A stretch of 26,302 bases of DNA from Candidatus Zixiibacteriota bacterium. Lineage in GTDB: Bacteria; Zixibacteria; MSB-5A5; UBA10806; 4484-95. The notes below the pieces were generated by a model, which saw only the letters and a list, made by a program, of their open reading frames with translations, was not told the DNA's origin and searched no databases. This document shows, piece after piece, positions 1 through 8,903 of the stretch. The stretch is taken from assembly GCA_029932605.1 (NCBI GenBank), contig JAOZPT010000036.1, positions 1-26,302 on the forward strand, written 5' to 3'. Each line of letters opens with the position of its first letter. Positions within the stretch are counted from its first letter, which is position 1. Position numbers and translations under genes: made by a program.

Positions 1-459
1 ATCATAAAATATAAGCTCGTATTCACCGTCACCATTAAAATCAGCCACATTGGGCAGTGGAAGATGTCCATAAGCAAGGGGAAATGGAGATATTATTGAA
101 CCGTCATCATCAACCAGATACAACATGCCATAGCTAACTGAAACAACTTCGTTTTTACCATCATGGTCGATATCAACCAGAATAGGACTCCTGTTGAAAT
201 GACCAGAATCCTGAATCGAAGGCCAACCAGGATAAAATGAGCCGTCTATCTTGAATTTATCTATTTCCAAAGTTACGTTATTGAAAAAGACCGCCAATGA
301 TTCAAGATTGTCATCAAAAGAAAATCGTGGAGTTGGATATACAGCCCAGCCATTGGTTCTGGTCAAATATGGCCAACCCTCTACCATATGAGGAACCTGG
401 GCTATTGTTAAAGAATTTATTATGACATATAGCACTACAAAAATTAACTTCACTTTCAT
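1..459 (-). CDS. Secreted FG-GAP/VCBS-like repeat protein, N-terminal 153 aa (runs off the window edge)
   Basis: Not in the ORF track; translated by hand. ATG at 459 with GAGGA upstream, open frame to base 1: MKVKLIFVVLYVIINSLTIA-QVPHMVEGWP...YPGWP...ILVDIDHDGKNEVV...VADFNGDGEYELIFYD. Signal peptide plus two DxDxDG/DxNxDG Ca-binding repeat motifs. Confidence 0.85.
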   Translation of the reverse strand, partial: MKVKLIFVVLYVIINSLTIAQVPHMVEGWPYLTRTNGWAVYPTPRFSFDDNLESLAVFFNNVTLEIDKFKIDGSFYPGWPSIQDSGHFNRSPILVDIDHDGKNEVVSVSYGMLYLVDDDGSIISPFPLAYGHLPLPNVADFNGDGEYELIFYD

Positions 460-497
460 TATAAATTCCTCAACATAAAATTTATAAAAAATCTTTT

Positions 498-524
498 TGC
501 AACCCGACATCAAGCCGGGTTGCA
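498..524. terminator. GC-rich hairpin between the two secreted-protein genes (terminator or mRNA-stabilising stem)
   Basis: TGCAACCCG (498-506) and CGGGTTGCA (516-524) form a perfect 9-bp inverted repeat. On the minus strand it is followed by AAAAGA before a T-run, so it is not a canonical terminator. Confidence 0.55.
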
Positions 525-539
525 TATTTACTCCTTTTT

Positions 540-932
540 TTACTCGTCACCGCCCCAGGGTATAATTTCTGGTCCCCTAACTTCCAAATTAACCTCTTGC
601 CAGTCCTCTCCGTGGTAAACTCTTACGCGTACTCCATAATAACAGTTAGAACTATCACTAAGTTGGACTCCCAGAACATACCAGCCGGGAGGGAACACAT
701 GCGGTGGTCCACATACTCTGGTATGATAGTGTGCATAACCACTATGGCACTGTACATAACATAGATAGGGCTCGCCAGACTCTTCTGGATCAATCTTCAC
801 ATAATCATAAGGTAAGCTGTTGCACTCGCAATTTTTATATATAATCCTCCCGTAAAACCCACCGTCTGCTAATACCATAGCTGAGGCAAAAATTACCAAG
901 ATTAAGCTTAAAAGAAGATTTCTTGCCGACAT
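540..932 (-). CDS. Small secreted Cys-rich hypothetical protein (130 aa)
   Basis: AAGGAAGG SD upstream; clear signal peptide (MSARNLLLSLILVIFASAMVLA-DG); six Cys in the mature part; beta-strand-like pattern including FPPGWYVLGV. Confidence 0.8.
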   Translation of the reverse strand: MSARNLLLSLILVIFASAMVLADGGFYGRIIYKNCECNSLPYDYVKIDPEESGEPYLCYVQCHSGYAHYHTRVCGPPHVFPPGWYVLGVQLSDSSNCYYGVRVRVYHGEDWQEVNLEVRGPEIIPWGGDE

Positions 933-1038
933 GACTTAACCTTCCTTCGGTCAGTCTGATAAATTTTTACCCTTAACTAACTTTTAATACTAGCGTATCA
1001 TCATTAATGCCGGTGGAGTGCGAGCTCGAAAATCCCGA

Positions 1039-1070
1039 ATTATGGGGGGGGGTATTCAGCATATTGTCAA
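1039..1070 (-). promoter_or_regulatory. Sigma70-like promoter with a poly-C tract in the spacer (20-nt spacer as sequenced)
   Basis: Minus strand: TTGACA-ATATGCTGAATACCCCCCCC-CATAAT; G9 run at 1044-1052 on the plus strand. Confidence 0.45.
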
Positions 1071-1099
1071 GTCCTTATTGGGCTTCTAAATTCATTTAT

Positions 1100-1128
1100 A
1101 AAATAGCAATCTGATATTGCAATGTCAA
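1100..1128 (-). promoter_or_regulatory. Sigma70-like promoter for the secreted-protein genes
   Basis: Minus strand TTGACA (1128-1123)-N17-TATTTT (1105-1100); the spacer holds the palindrome GCAAT-N5-ATTGC. Confidence 0.55.
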
Positions 1129-1164
1129 ATAAAAAATGTTTCCAAGCTGATGCAAATTCTCCGC

Positions 1165-1193
1165 TTGATTTTCTACACTGAAATATTTAACTT
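1165..1193 (+). promoter_or_regulatory. Putative sigma70 promoter of tdh-kbl
   Basis: TTGATT-N17-TAACTT, about 45 nt upstream of the tdh ATG (AAGGAG SD). Confidence 0.4.
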
Positions 1194-1238
1194 GAATTTC
1201 CAAAATGGAATAAAACTTAAAATAACAAGGAGCCGTTT

Positions 1239-2342
1239 ATGGCAGAAAAAATGAGAGCGGTTTATAAGGCCAGACCGGAATTGGGCGCTGAGATGCGCCA
1301 AACCGATATTCCCAGGATTGCCGATGACGAGGTTTTGACTAAAGTAAGAGCAACGTCCATCTGCGGGACTGATGTCCATATATACAAATGGGATGATTGG
1401 TCGGCTAATCGTATTGGCGCAAAGGCTCTGCCTCAGATTTTAGGCCATGAAATTGCCGGCGAGATAGTCGAGGTTGGCAAAGCTGTTAAGGGTTTAAAGG
1501 TGGGAGATTATATCTCCGCCGAGACACATATCCCCGATCCACAGGATTTACAGGCGCTTTTAGGTCAACAGCACATCGGCGAAAGGATGAAGATACTTGG
1601 AGTCGACCGTGATGGCTCGTTTGCCGAGTATATCGCTATTCCCTCGGTGGTCTGCTGGATAAACGACAGGTCCATCCCGCCTGAGCACGCCTGTGTTCAG
1701 GAACCACTCGGCAATGCCACATACGCTGTGCTGGGCGAGGATAATGATGTGGCCGGCAAATCGATGGTTTTAATCGGTGATGGCCCGATATCGCTTTTTG
1801 CAGTAGGGGTTGCCCGGGCCTGTGGTGTGACTAATATCTTCATAGTTGGCAAATACGATTTCAACATGAACATCGCCAAGAAAATGGGAGCAGACCATCT
1901 ACTTTATGCCAATAAAGATGAAGACCGCATTGGGTATATCAAGGACCATACCGGTGGTTACGGTGCAGATATTGTACTTGATATGGCCGGTTCGCCCCAA
2001 GCTCTTGAGGAGGGGTTTAAAATGTTACGTAAGGGGGGCCGATTCAGCGCCTTCGGTATCGCCAGCCAATCTCCATGTCTTGTTGACTATAACAATGGTA
2101 TAGTCTTCAAAGGATGTCAGGTTCATGGCATAAGCGGGCGCAAGATGTTCGACACCTGGTATCGTGTCCGAAACCTCCTGGCCTCAGGACGTCTTGATAT
2201 CTCACCAGTGGTAACACATATGTTTATGCTTGATGACTTCAAGGCTGGGTTTGAGAAGATGATTGAACGCCCAAGGCAATCTGCAAAAGTGGTTTTGTTC
2301 CCGGATAAGAGTGAGTATGAAGCAGCTAAGGCTCGCACTTAA
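1239..2342 (+). CDS. tdh: L-threonine 3-dehydrogenase-like Zn-dependent MDR dehydrogenase (structural Zn site lost)
   Basis: ATSICGTDVHIY, LGHE, EPLGNA and GISGRKMFDTW motifs typical of Tdh; directly upstream of kbl. Confidence 0.88.
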   Translation: MAEKMRAVYKARPELGAEMRQTDIPRIADDEVLTKVRATSICGTDVHIYKWDDWSANRIGAKALPQILGHEIAGEIVEVGKAVKGLKVGDYISAETHIPDPQDLQALLGQQHIGERMKILGVDRDGSFAEYIAIPSVVCWINDRSIPPEHACVQEPLGNATYAVLGEDNDVAGKSMVLIGDGPISLFAVGVARACGVTNIFIVGKYDFNMNIAKKMGADHLLYANKDEDRIGYIKDHTGGYGADIVLDMAGSPQALEEGFKMLRKGGRFSAFGIASQSPCLVDYNNGIVFKGCQVHGISGRKMFDTWYRVRNLLASGRLDISPVVTHMFMLDDFKAGFEKMIERPRQSAKVVLFPDKSEYEAAKART

Positions 2343-2360
2343 ATTCAAGGAGATAGAATT

Positions 2361-3563
2361 ATGTATGGAAAAATCAAAGAAGATTTGAAAAAAGAACTTC
2401 AGGCTATCAGGGATGGCGGTTTGTATAAAGATGAACGAGTGATAGTAACTCCCCAGGGGGCAGAGATCAAGGTGAAAACCGGCCAGAAAGTATTGAATTT
2501 CTGCGCTAACAATTACCTGGGATTATCCTCGCATCCCCAGGTTATAGAGGCTGCCCATAAAGCGCTTGATGAGTGGGGATACGGGATGAGCTCGGTGCGG
2601 TTTATCTGCGGTACCCAGGATATCCATAAACGCCTTGAGGCCAAGGTTTCTGAGTTTTTAGGAACTGACGACACCATTTTATATGCAGCTTGTTTCGACG
2701 CTAACGGTGGTGTATTTGAACCATTTCTGGATGATAGTTGTGCGGTAATCTCCGATACTTTAAACCATGCTTCTATCATTGATGGCGTTCGACTTTGCAA
2801 AGCCAAAAGATTCCGTTTCAAACACGCCGACATGGATGACCTTGAGCGTTGTTTGAAAGAATCACAGGATGCCAAGTATCGTTTGGTCTGCACTGACGGT
2901 GTCTTCTCGATGGATGGTGATATTGCCAATTTGAAGGGTATCTGTGACCTTGCTGATAAATATGATGCCATGGTATTAGTGGATGATTCTCATGCTACCG
3001 GATTTATGGGTAAACATGGCCGTGGCACCCATGAATATAACGATGTCATGGGTCGAGTGGATTTGATAACCACCACTTTCGGCAAAGCGCTTGGAGGTGC
3101 CTCCGGCGGTTGCACCTCAGGGCGAGCCGAGTTGATCGAGTGGCTCAGGCAAAAATCCCGTCCATACTTGTTTTCGAACACCTTAGCACCAGCAGTTGCC
3201 GGGGCTACTTTGAAGGTGTTCGAGCTTTTATCGGAAACCACTGAGCTTCGCGATAAACTTGAAAATAATCAGAGATATTTCCGCAAAAAAATGACCGAAG
3301 CCGGTTTCGATATCGTTCCCGGTGACCATCCAATCGTGCCGATCATGTTTGGCAAGTTCGAAAACGATGCTAAGCTGGCACAAGATTTCGCCAGGGACTT
3401 ACTTGATGAAGGTATCTATGTAATCGGTTTTTCATATCCGGTGGTTCCCAAAGGCCAGGCCAGGATTCGAGTTCAGCTTTCTGCTGCACATGAAATGGAA
3501 CATATCGACAAAGCCATAGCCGCCTTTACCAAAATCGGTAAGAAATACAACGTTATAAAGTAA
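2361..3563 (+). CDS. kbl: 2-amino-3-ketobutyrate CoA ligase (glycine C-acetyltransferase)
   Basis: [48 protein letters not shown] (PLP Lys) and RPYLFSN motifs. Confidence 0.97.
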   Translation: MYGKIKEDLKKELQAIRDGGLYKDERVIVTPQGAEIKVKTGQKVLNFCANNYLGLSSHPQVIEAAHKALDEWGYGMSSVRFICGTQDIHKRLEAKVSEFLGTDDTILYAACFDANGGVFEPFLDDSCAVISDTLNHASIIDGVRLCKAKRFRFKHADMDDLERCLKESQDAKYRLVCTDGVFSMDGDIANLKGICDLADKYDAMVLVDDSHATGFMGKHGRGTHEYNDVMGRVDLITTTFGKALGGASGGCTSGRAELIEWLRQKSRPYLFSNTLAPAVAGATLKVFELLSETTELRDKLENNQRYFRKKMTEAGFDIVPGDHPIVPIMFGKFENDAKLAQDFARDLLDEGIYVIGFSYPVVPKGQARIRVQLSAAHEMEHIDKAIAAFTKIGKKYNVIK

Positions 3564-3587
3564 CAACAGCATAGGTTCTATTTGTAG

Positions 3588-3614
3588 AGGGTCGTTGGAA
3601 AACGGCCCTTTTTT
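3588..3614 (+). terminator. Rho-independent terminator of tdh-kbl
   Basis: AGGGTCGTT-GGAA-AACGGCCCT stem (one G-U pair) with a GNRA loop, followed by a T-run. Confidence 0.85.
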
Positions 3615-3788
3615 ATATATAATAAAGCTTAATATTTAAGTAATCAATGACGAAATATAAAATAATAGGAGCATTTTTCAGAGTATTTTTTTGATGCAAT
3701 TTTATGTGTTTTGGATTTAACAGCTTTCAGGCTTTTCCGTCGGTCTGCCAGTAAGCTTGAAATTAGATTCGGTTTTTAAGTAACGAAA

Positions 3789-4610
3789 ATGCCAACTTTG
3801 TTAAAAAAAAATCAAAGGATAGTCAAACCAGACAATCGTGAACTGGAACTTATCCTTCAGAAAGCATTAACTGATCCGCTTGGCAATGCCTCTATAATTG
3901 CCAATCTCACCCAGCTCAAAGCCGACTGCAGCGTATATGCAAAATTCAAAGGGGAAAACCCTCTGGCTGTTGCAAGTTATTATATGGATCTGCCATTTAA
4001 TAGCATTTCCCTTATGGCCGATTCCGCCTTAGATGCAAAACACGTTATTGACGAATTGGCGATAGAACACCCTCAGTTGCGCGATATGCCTATCTTTGGT
4101 CTTTTTGATAAAAAAATCACGAACTTCGTTGAAAAGATATATAAAGTTGTCACTAAAACTCCAGAATTAAAAATGGTGCTTTCAACCGATGAGATTCCAG
4201 ATTGTCAAATCGATAAAACACGGTACCGATTGGAAAGGCTTACGCTTGATGATCTGGTTAATATATCATGGCTTTATAGTTTTGTACCGGCAATGGCCTG
4301 GACACCCAGGATGTTAGAATATGGCCCGTATTTCGGTGTTTATTTTGACGATACGCTGGTCGGTATTGGCGGAGTGCATTTTACCACTAAATGGGTTACT
4401 GAGATAGGTAATATAGTAACACATTTCGAACACCGGAGACAGAATATTGCTTATAAATGCACCAAAGCTGTAGCTGATAGCCTTCACAATGCTTGTTATA
4501 ATATTTTCCTATGTGTTTATGCCGACAATATTCCTGCAATTCGCCTTTATGAAAAAATGGGTTTTGTTAAATACGAGGATATTTTTCTGGTCAAGTATTA
4601 CATAGCCTAA
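3789..4610 (+). CDS. GNAT family N-acetyltransferase (C-terminal FR47-like domain)
   Basis: EIGNIVTHFEHRRQNIA (motif A) and LCVYADNIPAIRLYEKMGF (motif B); N-terminal half unassigned. Confidence 0.88.
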   Translation: MPTLLKKNQRIVKPDNRELELILQKALTDPLGNASIIANLTQLKADCSVYAKFKGENPLAVASYYMDLPFNSISLMADSALDAKHVIDELAIEHPQLRDMPIFGLFDKKITNFVEKIYKVVTKTPELKMVLSTDEIPDCQIDKTRYRLERLTLDDLVNISWLYSFVPAMAWTPRMLEYGPYFGVYFDDTLVGIGGVHFTTKWVTEIGNIVTHFEHRRQNIAYKCTKAVADSLHNACYNIFLCVYADNIPAIRLYEKMGFVKYEDIFLVKYYIA

Positions 4611-4744
4611 CGATATTAACCGTTAACAGAAATAGAACATTTAAAATGCAAGGTTTCATTATAACGTATGAAAAATTTATAATTTCCTTTTTCTATCATC
4701 GAAATTCTCTTAATTAGCATCAAAACTTTTTTTACAATAAATAC

Positions 4745-4812
4745 TTGACATTTTTATTTTAATTATTTTAATAGTGTTTATTATGTAGAAAGTTTAGTGA
4801 AAAATGTCACAA
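4745..4812 (+). promoter_or_regulatory. nuo operon promoter with downstream Rex/CRP-like operator
   Basis: Perfect TTGACA at 4745-4750 followed by an AT-rich, poorly defined -10 region. TAGTGAA-AAAT-GTCACAA at 4795-4812 has two mismatches to the Rex consensus TTGTGAA-N4-TTCACAA. Confidence 0.6.
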
Positions 4813-4830
4813 ACTGTTTTGTGAGGGAAA

Positions 4831-5187
4831 ATGAATTTTGGTTATGGCATAATCGGCATCTTTTTGATAATGGGAGTAGTATTCGTTGTCTTCACGGTTT
4901 TTTTCGCCGGTCTTCTTCGACCCAAACGCCCATCTAAAATCAAACTACAAAACTATGAGTGTGGCGAGGTTCCTGTTGGATCCGCCTGGATTCAGTATAA
5001 CGCTGGCTTCTATGTTTTTGCATTAATATTTGTCATCTTCGATGTCGAGGTTGTTTTCTTGTTTCCCTGGGCGGTGGCTTTCAAGCAACTTGGCCTGTTC
5101 GCCTTGATTGAGATGTTGATATTCCTGTTAATTTTAATATTTGGCCTTGCCTATGCCTGGAAAAAAGGAGCATTGACATGGGTGTGA
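4831..5187 (+). CDS. nuoA: NADH-quinone oxidoreductase subunit A
   Basis: YECGE and [16 protein letters not shown] motifs; three TM helices. Confidence 0.97.
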   Translation: MNFGYGIIGIFLIMGVVFVVFTVFFAGLLRPKRPSKIKLQNYECGEVPVGSAWIQYNAGFYVFALIFVIFDVEVVFLFPWAVAFKQLGLFALIEMLIFLLILIFGLAYAWKKGALTWV

Positions 5188-5702
5188 TTGAAAAAGCTCC
5201 TCTGTATGTAGAGAAAATACCTGGTGGTGGCATTGTAACGACGACAGTCGAATCTGTTCTTAACTGGTCGAGAGCTAGTTCTCTCTGGTATTTACTTTTT
5301 GGCCTTGCATGTTGTGCTATTGAGATGATGGCTACTGGTGCTTCGCGGTACGACTTTGACCGTCTGGGTATGTTTTTTCGGGCCTCTCCACGCCAAGCCG
5401 ATTTGATGATGGTTTGTGGAACCGTTACCCATAAAATGGCAAAAAGGATAAAGATATTATACGAGCAGATGGCCGAACCCAAATATGTGCTGGCGATGGG
5501 GGGATGTGCCTGTAATGGCGGGCCGTTTTACTATGACAGCTATTCGGTTTTAAAAGGGGTTGATAAGGTGATTCCAGTCGATGTTTATATCCCCGGTTGT
5601 CCTCCTCGTCCCGAGTCGTTGATGCAGGGAGCACTGAAGGTTAGAGAAAAAATCTACAGGGAGAAAATAAAAGATTTTGCCGGCGATATTCCAATGCAAT
5701 AA
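5178..5702 (+). CDS. nuoB: NADH-quinone oxidoreductase subunit B (N2 cluster)
   Basis: GLACCAIEM (tandem Cys), RASPRQAD and [10 protein letters not shown] motifs. Confidence 0.97.
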   Translation: MGVIEKAPLYVEKIPGGGIVTTTVESVLNWSRASSLWYLLFGLACCAIEMMATGASRYDFDRLGMFFRASPRQADLMMVCGTVTHKMAKRIKILYEQMAEPKYVLAMGGCACNGGPFYYDSYSVLKGVDKVIPVDVYIPGCPPRPESLMQGALKVREKIYREKIKDFAGDIPMQ

Positions 5703-5705
5703 CCT

Positions 5706-6194
5706 ATGACTAAAGAAGAGATCGAGAAAAAAATCGCTCAACGCTTCAGTGAATATATAGAAATACAAGAAACAGCACAACCTGAACCTTTTATTTATAT
5801 ATCTAAGGATAAATATATCGATTTCTGCACCTTTTTAAGGAATGACCCCGATCTATCTTTCGAATTTTTATTTCAACTTGGTGGTTCCCATTTCGAGGAC
5901 CGATTTGAGGTGTTTTTATGTTTATCCTCTCACAGTCATAGGCATAAATTAGTAGTTAAGGTTAAGCTATCGCTTGAGAAACCAGTAATTCCAACCGTTT
6001 CGGGAATATGGCATGTGGCGGATTGGTATGAGCGTGAGGCAATGGAGCTATTCGGGATTAAATTCGAGGGTCATCCTGACCCCCGGCCGCTCTTATTGTA
6101 TGAGGGTTGGGAGTATGGGTACCCTATGAGGAAAGGTTGGACCGGCCCCGATTTTATCCCAATGCCTGATAAATCAAAGAGTGCCGATGAGTGA
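5706..6194 (+). CDS. nuoC: NADH-quinone oxidoreductase subunit C
   Basis: ADWYEREAMELFGIKFEGHPD motif. Confidence 0.95.
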   Translation: MTKEEIEKKIAQRFSEYIEIQETAQPEPFIYISKDKYIDFCTFLRNDPDLSFEFLFQLGGSHFEDRFEVFLCLSSHSHRHKLVVKVKLSLEKPVIPTVSGIWHVADWYEREAMELFGIKFEGHPDPRPLLLYEGWEYGYPMRKGWTGPDFIPMPDKSKSADE

Positions 6195-7308
6195 TTTGAT
6201 TCAAGCTAAAGAGGTTACCGAAGAGGAATTCATTGTCAATATGGGGCCTCAGCATCCCTCCACACATGGGGTGTTGCGCCTGGTATTGAAAATGAAAGGT
6301 GAGTTTATCGAGGATTTAACTCCCGATGTCGGATTCCTTCACCGCGCCATAGAAAAAATTGCAGAAAACCGCACCTATGCCCAATTCATGCCATTTACCG
6401 ACCGTATAGATTATTGCGCCTCGATGCCATGCAACCTTGCCTGGGCTGTAGCAGTTGAGAAACTGGCCAAGATTGAGGTTCCATTGCGGGCTCAATATCT
6501 AAGAGTGATAATGACCGAGCTCAATCGTATCGCCTCACATCTGATCTGGCTTGGTACAATGTCATTAGACCTGGGAGCCTTTACCCCGTTTCTATATGCT
6601 TTCCGTGAAAGGGAATGGATCTTAGATCTGTTTGAGATGACATGCGGTCAAAGGCTTACATATAATTATATGCGTATCGGCGGGGTTTCGCGGGATATAC
6701 CACCAGAGTTTTATCAGAGTTGTAAGAATTTTACCAAGGATTTCCGTAAGAAGGTCGATGATTACGAGGCAATTTTGACATATAACCCGATCTTCTTAAC
6801 TCGCACTAAAGATATTGCCTATCTACCGGTTGATGTCGCTTTAAATTATGGGGCTTCAGGACCAACCTTGAGAGCATCTGGACACAATTGGGATTTGAGA
6901 AAAGTCGAACCATGTTCATCCTATGACAAGTTTGATTTTGAAGTGGCCCTGGGGACAAAAGGGGATGTTTGGGATAGATATATCGTACGCATACGCGAGA
7001 TGAGGCAGTGTTGCAATATTATTGACCAGGCTCTTGAGGGACTACCAGAGGGAGATATTAAAGCAAGGGTGCCTGCCGCCTTTAAACCCCCGGCGGGTGA
7101 AGTGTTCTCACGGATCGAGGCTCCTCGAGGCGAGATGGGTTACTATATCATCTCCGATGGTACTACCAAACCATATCGAGTAAAGATTCGCACCGCCTCA
7201 TTCGGTAATCTACAACTTATGCGTTATCTGTGCCGTGGTTGGAAAATCGCTGACCTGGTTGCAATATTTGGTTCGCTAGATGTCGTTTTACCGGAGGTAG
7301 ATCGCTGA
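6181..7308 (+). CDS. nuoD: NADH-quinone oxidoreductase subunit D (start may be ATG at 6187)
   Basis: NMGPQHPSTHGVLRL, DRIDY, EAPRGEMG and C-terminal LDVVLPEVDR; no NiFe-binding CxxC pairs. Confidence 0.97.
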   Translation: MPMSDLIQAKEVTEEEFIVNMGPQHPSTHGVLRLVLKMKGEFIEDLTPDVGFLHRAIEKIAENRTYAQFMPFTDRIDYCASMPCNLAWAVAVEKLAKIEVPLRAQYLRVIMTELNRIASHLIWLGTMSLDLGAFTPFLYAFREREWILDLFEMTCGQRLTYNYMRIGGVSRDIPPEFYQSCKNFTKDFRKKVDDYEAILTYNPIFLTRTKDIAYLPVDVALNYGASGPTLRASGHNWDLRKVEPCSSYDKFDFEVALGTKGDVWDRYIVRIREMRQCCNIIDQALEGLPEGDIKARVPAAFKPPAGEVFSRIEAPRGEMGYYIISDGTTKPYRVKIRTASFGNLQLMRYLCRGWKIADLVAIFGSLDVVLPEVDR

Positions 7309-8381
7309 TGCCCGAACTATCTGCAGGACTTGAACTCATCGGTTTTCTTCAATGGGTTTATAATATTATAGCCAGTATCATAAATACATTAGGCTTACCA
7401 CAGATTATCCTGAATATCGTCTTGATGGTACTTATATGTTTAGCGATTATAGTTTTTTTGGCTTTGATGGCTTTATTCCTCATCTGGTGGGAACGGAAAG
7501 TTGCTGCCCATTTTCAGGATCGTCTAGGGCCGATGATGACCGGCTGGCATGGTTGGCTACAAACCGTTGCTGATGCACTTAAGCTTTTACAGAAAGAGGA
7601 TATAGTGGTAGCCTCGGCTGACAGGAAAGTCCATTATTGGGCGCCTGTTGTGGTGTTTACAGCCTGTCTGATGGCTTTTGTAGTGATACCATTTGGTAAA
7701 GGTCTAAGCCCATCCAAAGTTAATATCGGTATCCTCTATATTCTGGCTATTACCAGTCTTACAGTTATCTCGCTTTTAATGGCGGGGTGGGCATCTAACA
7801 ATAAATATGCTTTATTAGGCGGAATGCGTTCAGCGGCTCAGATAGTTTCGTATGAGGTGCCACTCACGCTTTCGATAATCGGAGTGGTTTTAATGAGCGG
7901 AACTCTTTCTATGGGAGGTTTCATCGAGGCTCAGGGACCCTATTTCTGGAAATGGTATATCTGGCCCCAGATACTTGGTTTCGCCATATATTTAAGTGCG
8001 GCCACAGCCGAATTAAACCGCACACCTTTTGACCTACCAGAGGCAGAACAGGAGCTTGTAGCCGGTTTTAATATTGAATATTCCGGTATGAAGTTCGCCA
8101 TGTTCTTCCTGGCGGAGTTTTTGAATATGTTCCTTGTCGGTGCTGTGGCTACTACTCTTTTTCTGGGTGGTTGGCAACCTCCTTTACCAGGGTTGAGTTT
8201 TATCCCGTCGTATATCTGGTTTCTGGGTAAATCGCTGTTTATCGTGTTTGTGATAATGTGGTTTAAATGGACATATCCCCGTTTGAGAGTTGATCATTTA
8301 ATGGCTTTTGCCTGGAAAGTGCTCCTTCCTCTTGCATTTCTTAACATAATATTAACCGCTGTCGGGGTCTACATATTCTAA
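7308..8381 (+). CDS. nuoH: NADH-quinone oxidoreductase subunit H
   Basis: ERKVAAHFQDRLGP, AQIVSYE and NRTPFDLPEAEQELVAG motifs. Confidence 0.97.
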   Translation: MPELSAGLELIGFLQWVYNIIASIINTLGLPQIILNIVLMVLICLAIIVFLALMALFLIWWERKVAAHFQDRLGPMMTGWHGWLQTVADALKLLQKEDIVVASADRKVHYWAPVVVFTACLMAFVVIPFGKGLSPSKVNIGILYILAITSLTVISLLMAGWASNNKYALLGGMRSAAQIVSYEVPLTLSIIGVVLMSGTLSMGGFIEAQGPYFWKWYIWPQILGFAIYLSAATAELNRTPFDLPEAEQELVAGFNIEYSGMKFAMFFLAEFLNMFLVGAVATTLFLGGWQPPLPGLSFIPSYIWFLGKSLFIVFVIMWFKWTYPRLRVDHLMAFAWKVLLPLAFLNIILTAVGVYIF

Positions 8382-8384
8382 GGT

Positions 8385-8903
8385 ATGGATTATTTTAAAA
8401 AAATATTCAGTGGGATTTACAACCTCTTGTTGGGTTTGAAAACAACCCTGAAATACTTGCCGGGACGTTCAGTAACCATCCAGTATCCCAAACAGCGCTG
8501 GACGATGCCGGAGCGTTCTCGTGGGATAGTTGTATTGTTATCAAATCCGGAAACGGGTGAGCTAAACTGCACCGCCTGTTTGCTCTGTCAAAAAGCCTGC
8601 CCGGTTGCTGCTATAACCATCACCCAGGCCAAAAACCCCGAGACAAAAAAACGTTACCCGAAGAAATTTGAAATCAACACTCTCATCTGTTGTTTTTGTG
8701 GTCTGTGTGAGGAGGCTTGCAATTTCGACGCCATTAAAATGACCGGAAAATACGAGTTTGCCACTTTTGATAAGCAAAGCTTGATCTTAGGTAAGGAAAG
8801 GCTTCAGGAGCTTGGCCGCGATGTAAAATATGAGCCAAAAAGAAAACGACCAGCTGTAAAGTCAGCGGCGGATAAATCCACAAGCCAGGAGGACAAGCAA
8901 TGA
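8385..8903 (+). CDS. nuoI: NADH-quinone oxidoreductase subunit I (2x[4Fe-4S])
   Basis: TIQYP, CTACLLCQKACP and CCFCGLCEEACN motifs. Confidence 0.96.
   Translation: MDYFKKIFSGIYNLLLGLKTTLKYLPGRSVTIQYPKQRWTMPERSRGIVVLLSNPETGELNCTACLLCQKACPVAAITITQAKNPETKKRYPKKFEINTLICCFCGLCEEACNFDAIKMTGKYEFATFDKQSLILGKERLQELGRDVKYEPKRKRPAVKSAADKSTSQEDKQ

Noticed and set aside
4666..4683. Second Rex-like box (GTATGAAAAATTTATAA) upstream of nuoA
   Set aside because: Wrong half-site spacing and several mismatches in very AT-rich DNA.
5178..7308. Group 4 NiFe-hydrogenase interpretation of the headless complex
   Set aside because: The large subunit lacks N- and C-terminal CxxC Ni ligands, and the small subunit has complex I-type tandem cysteines.
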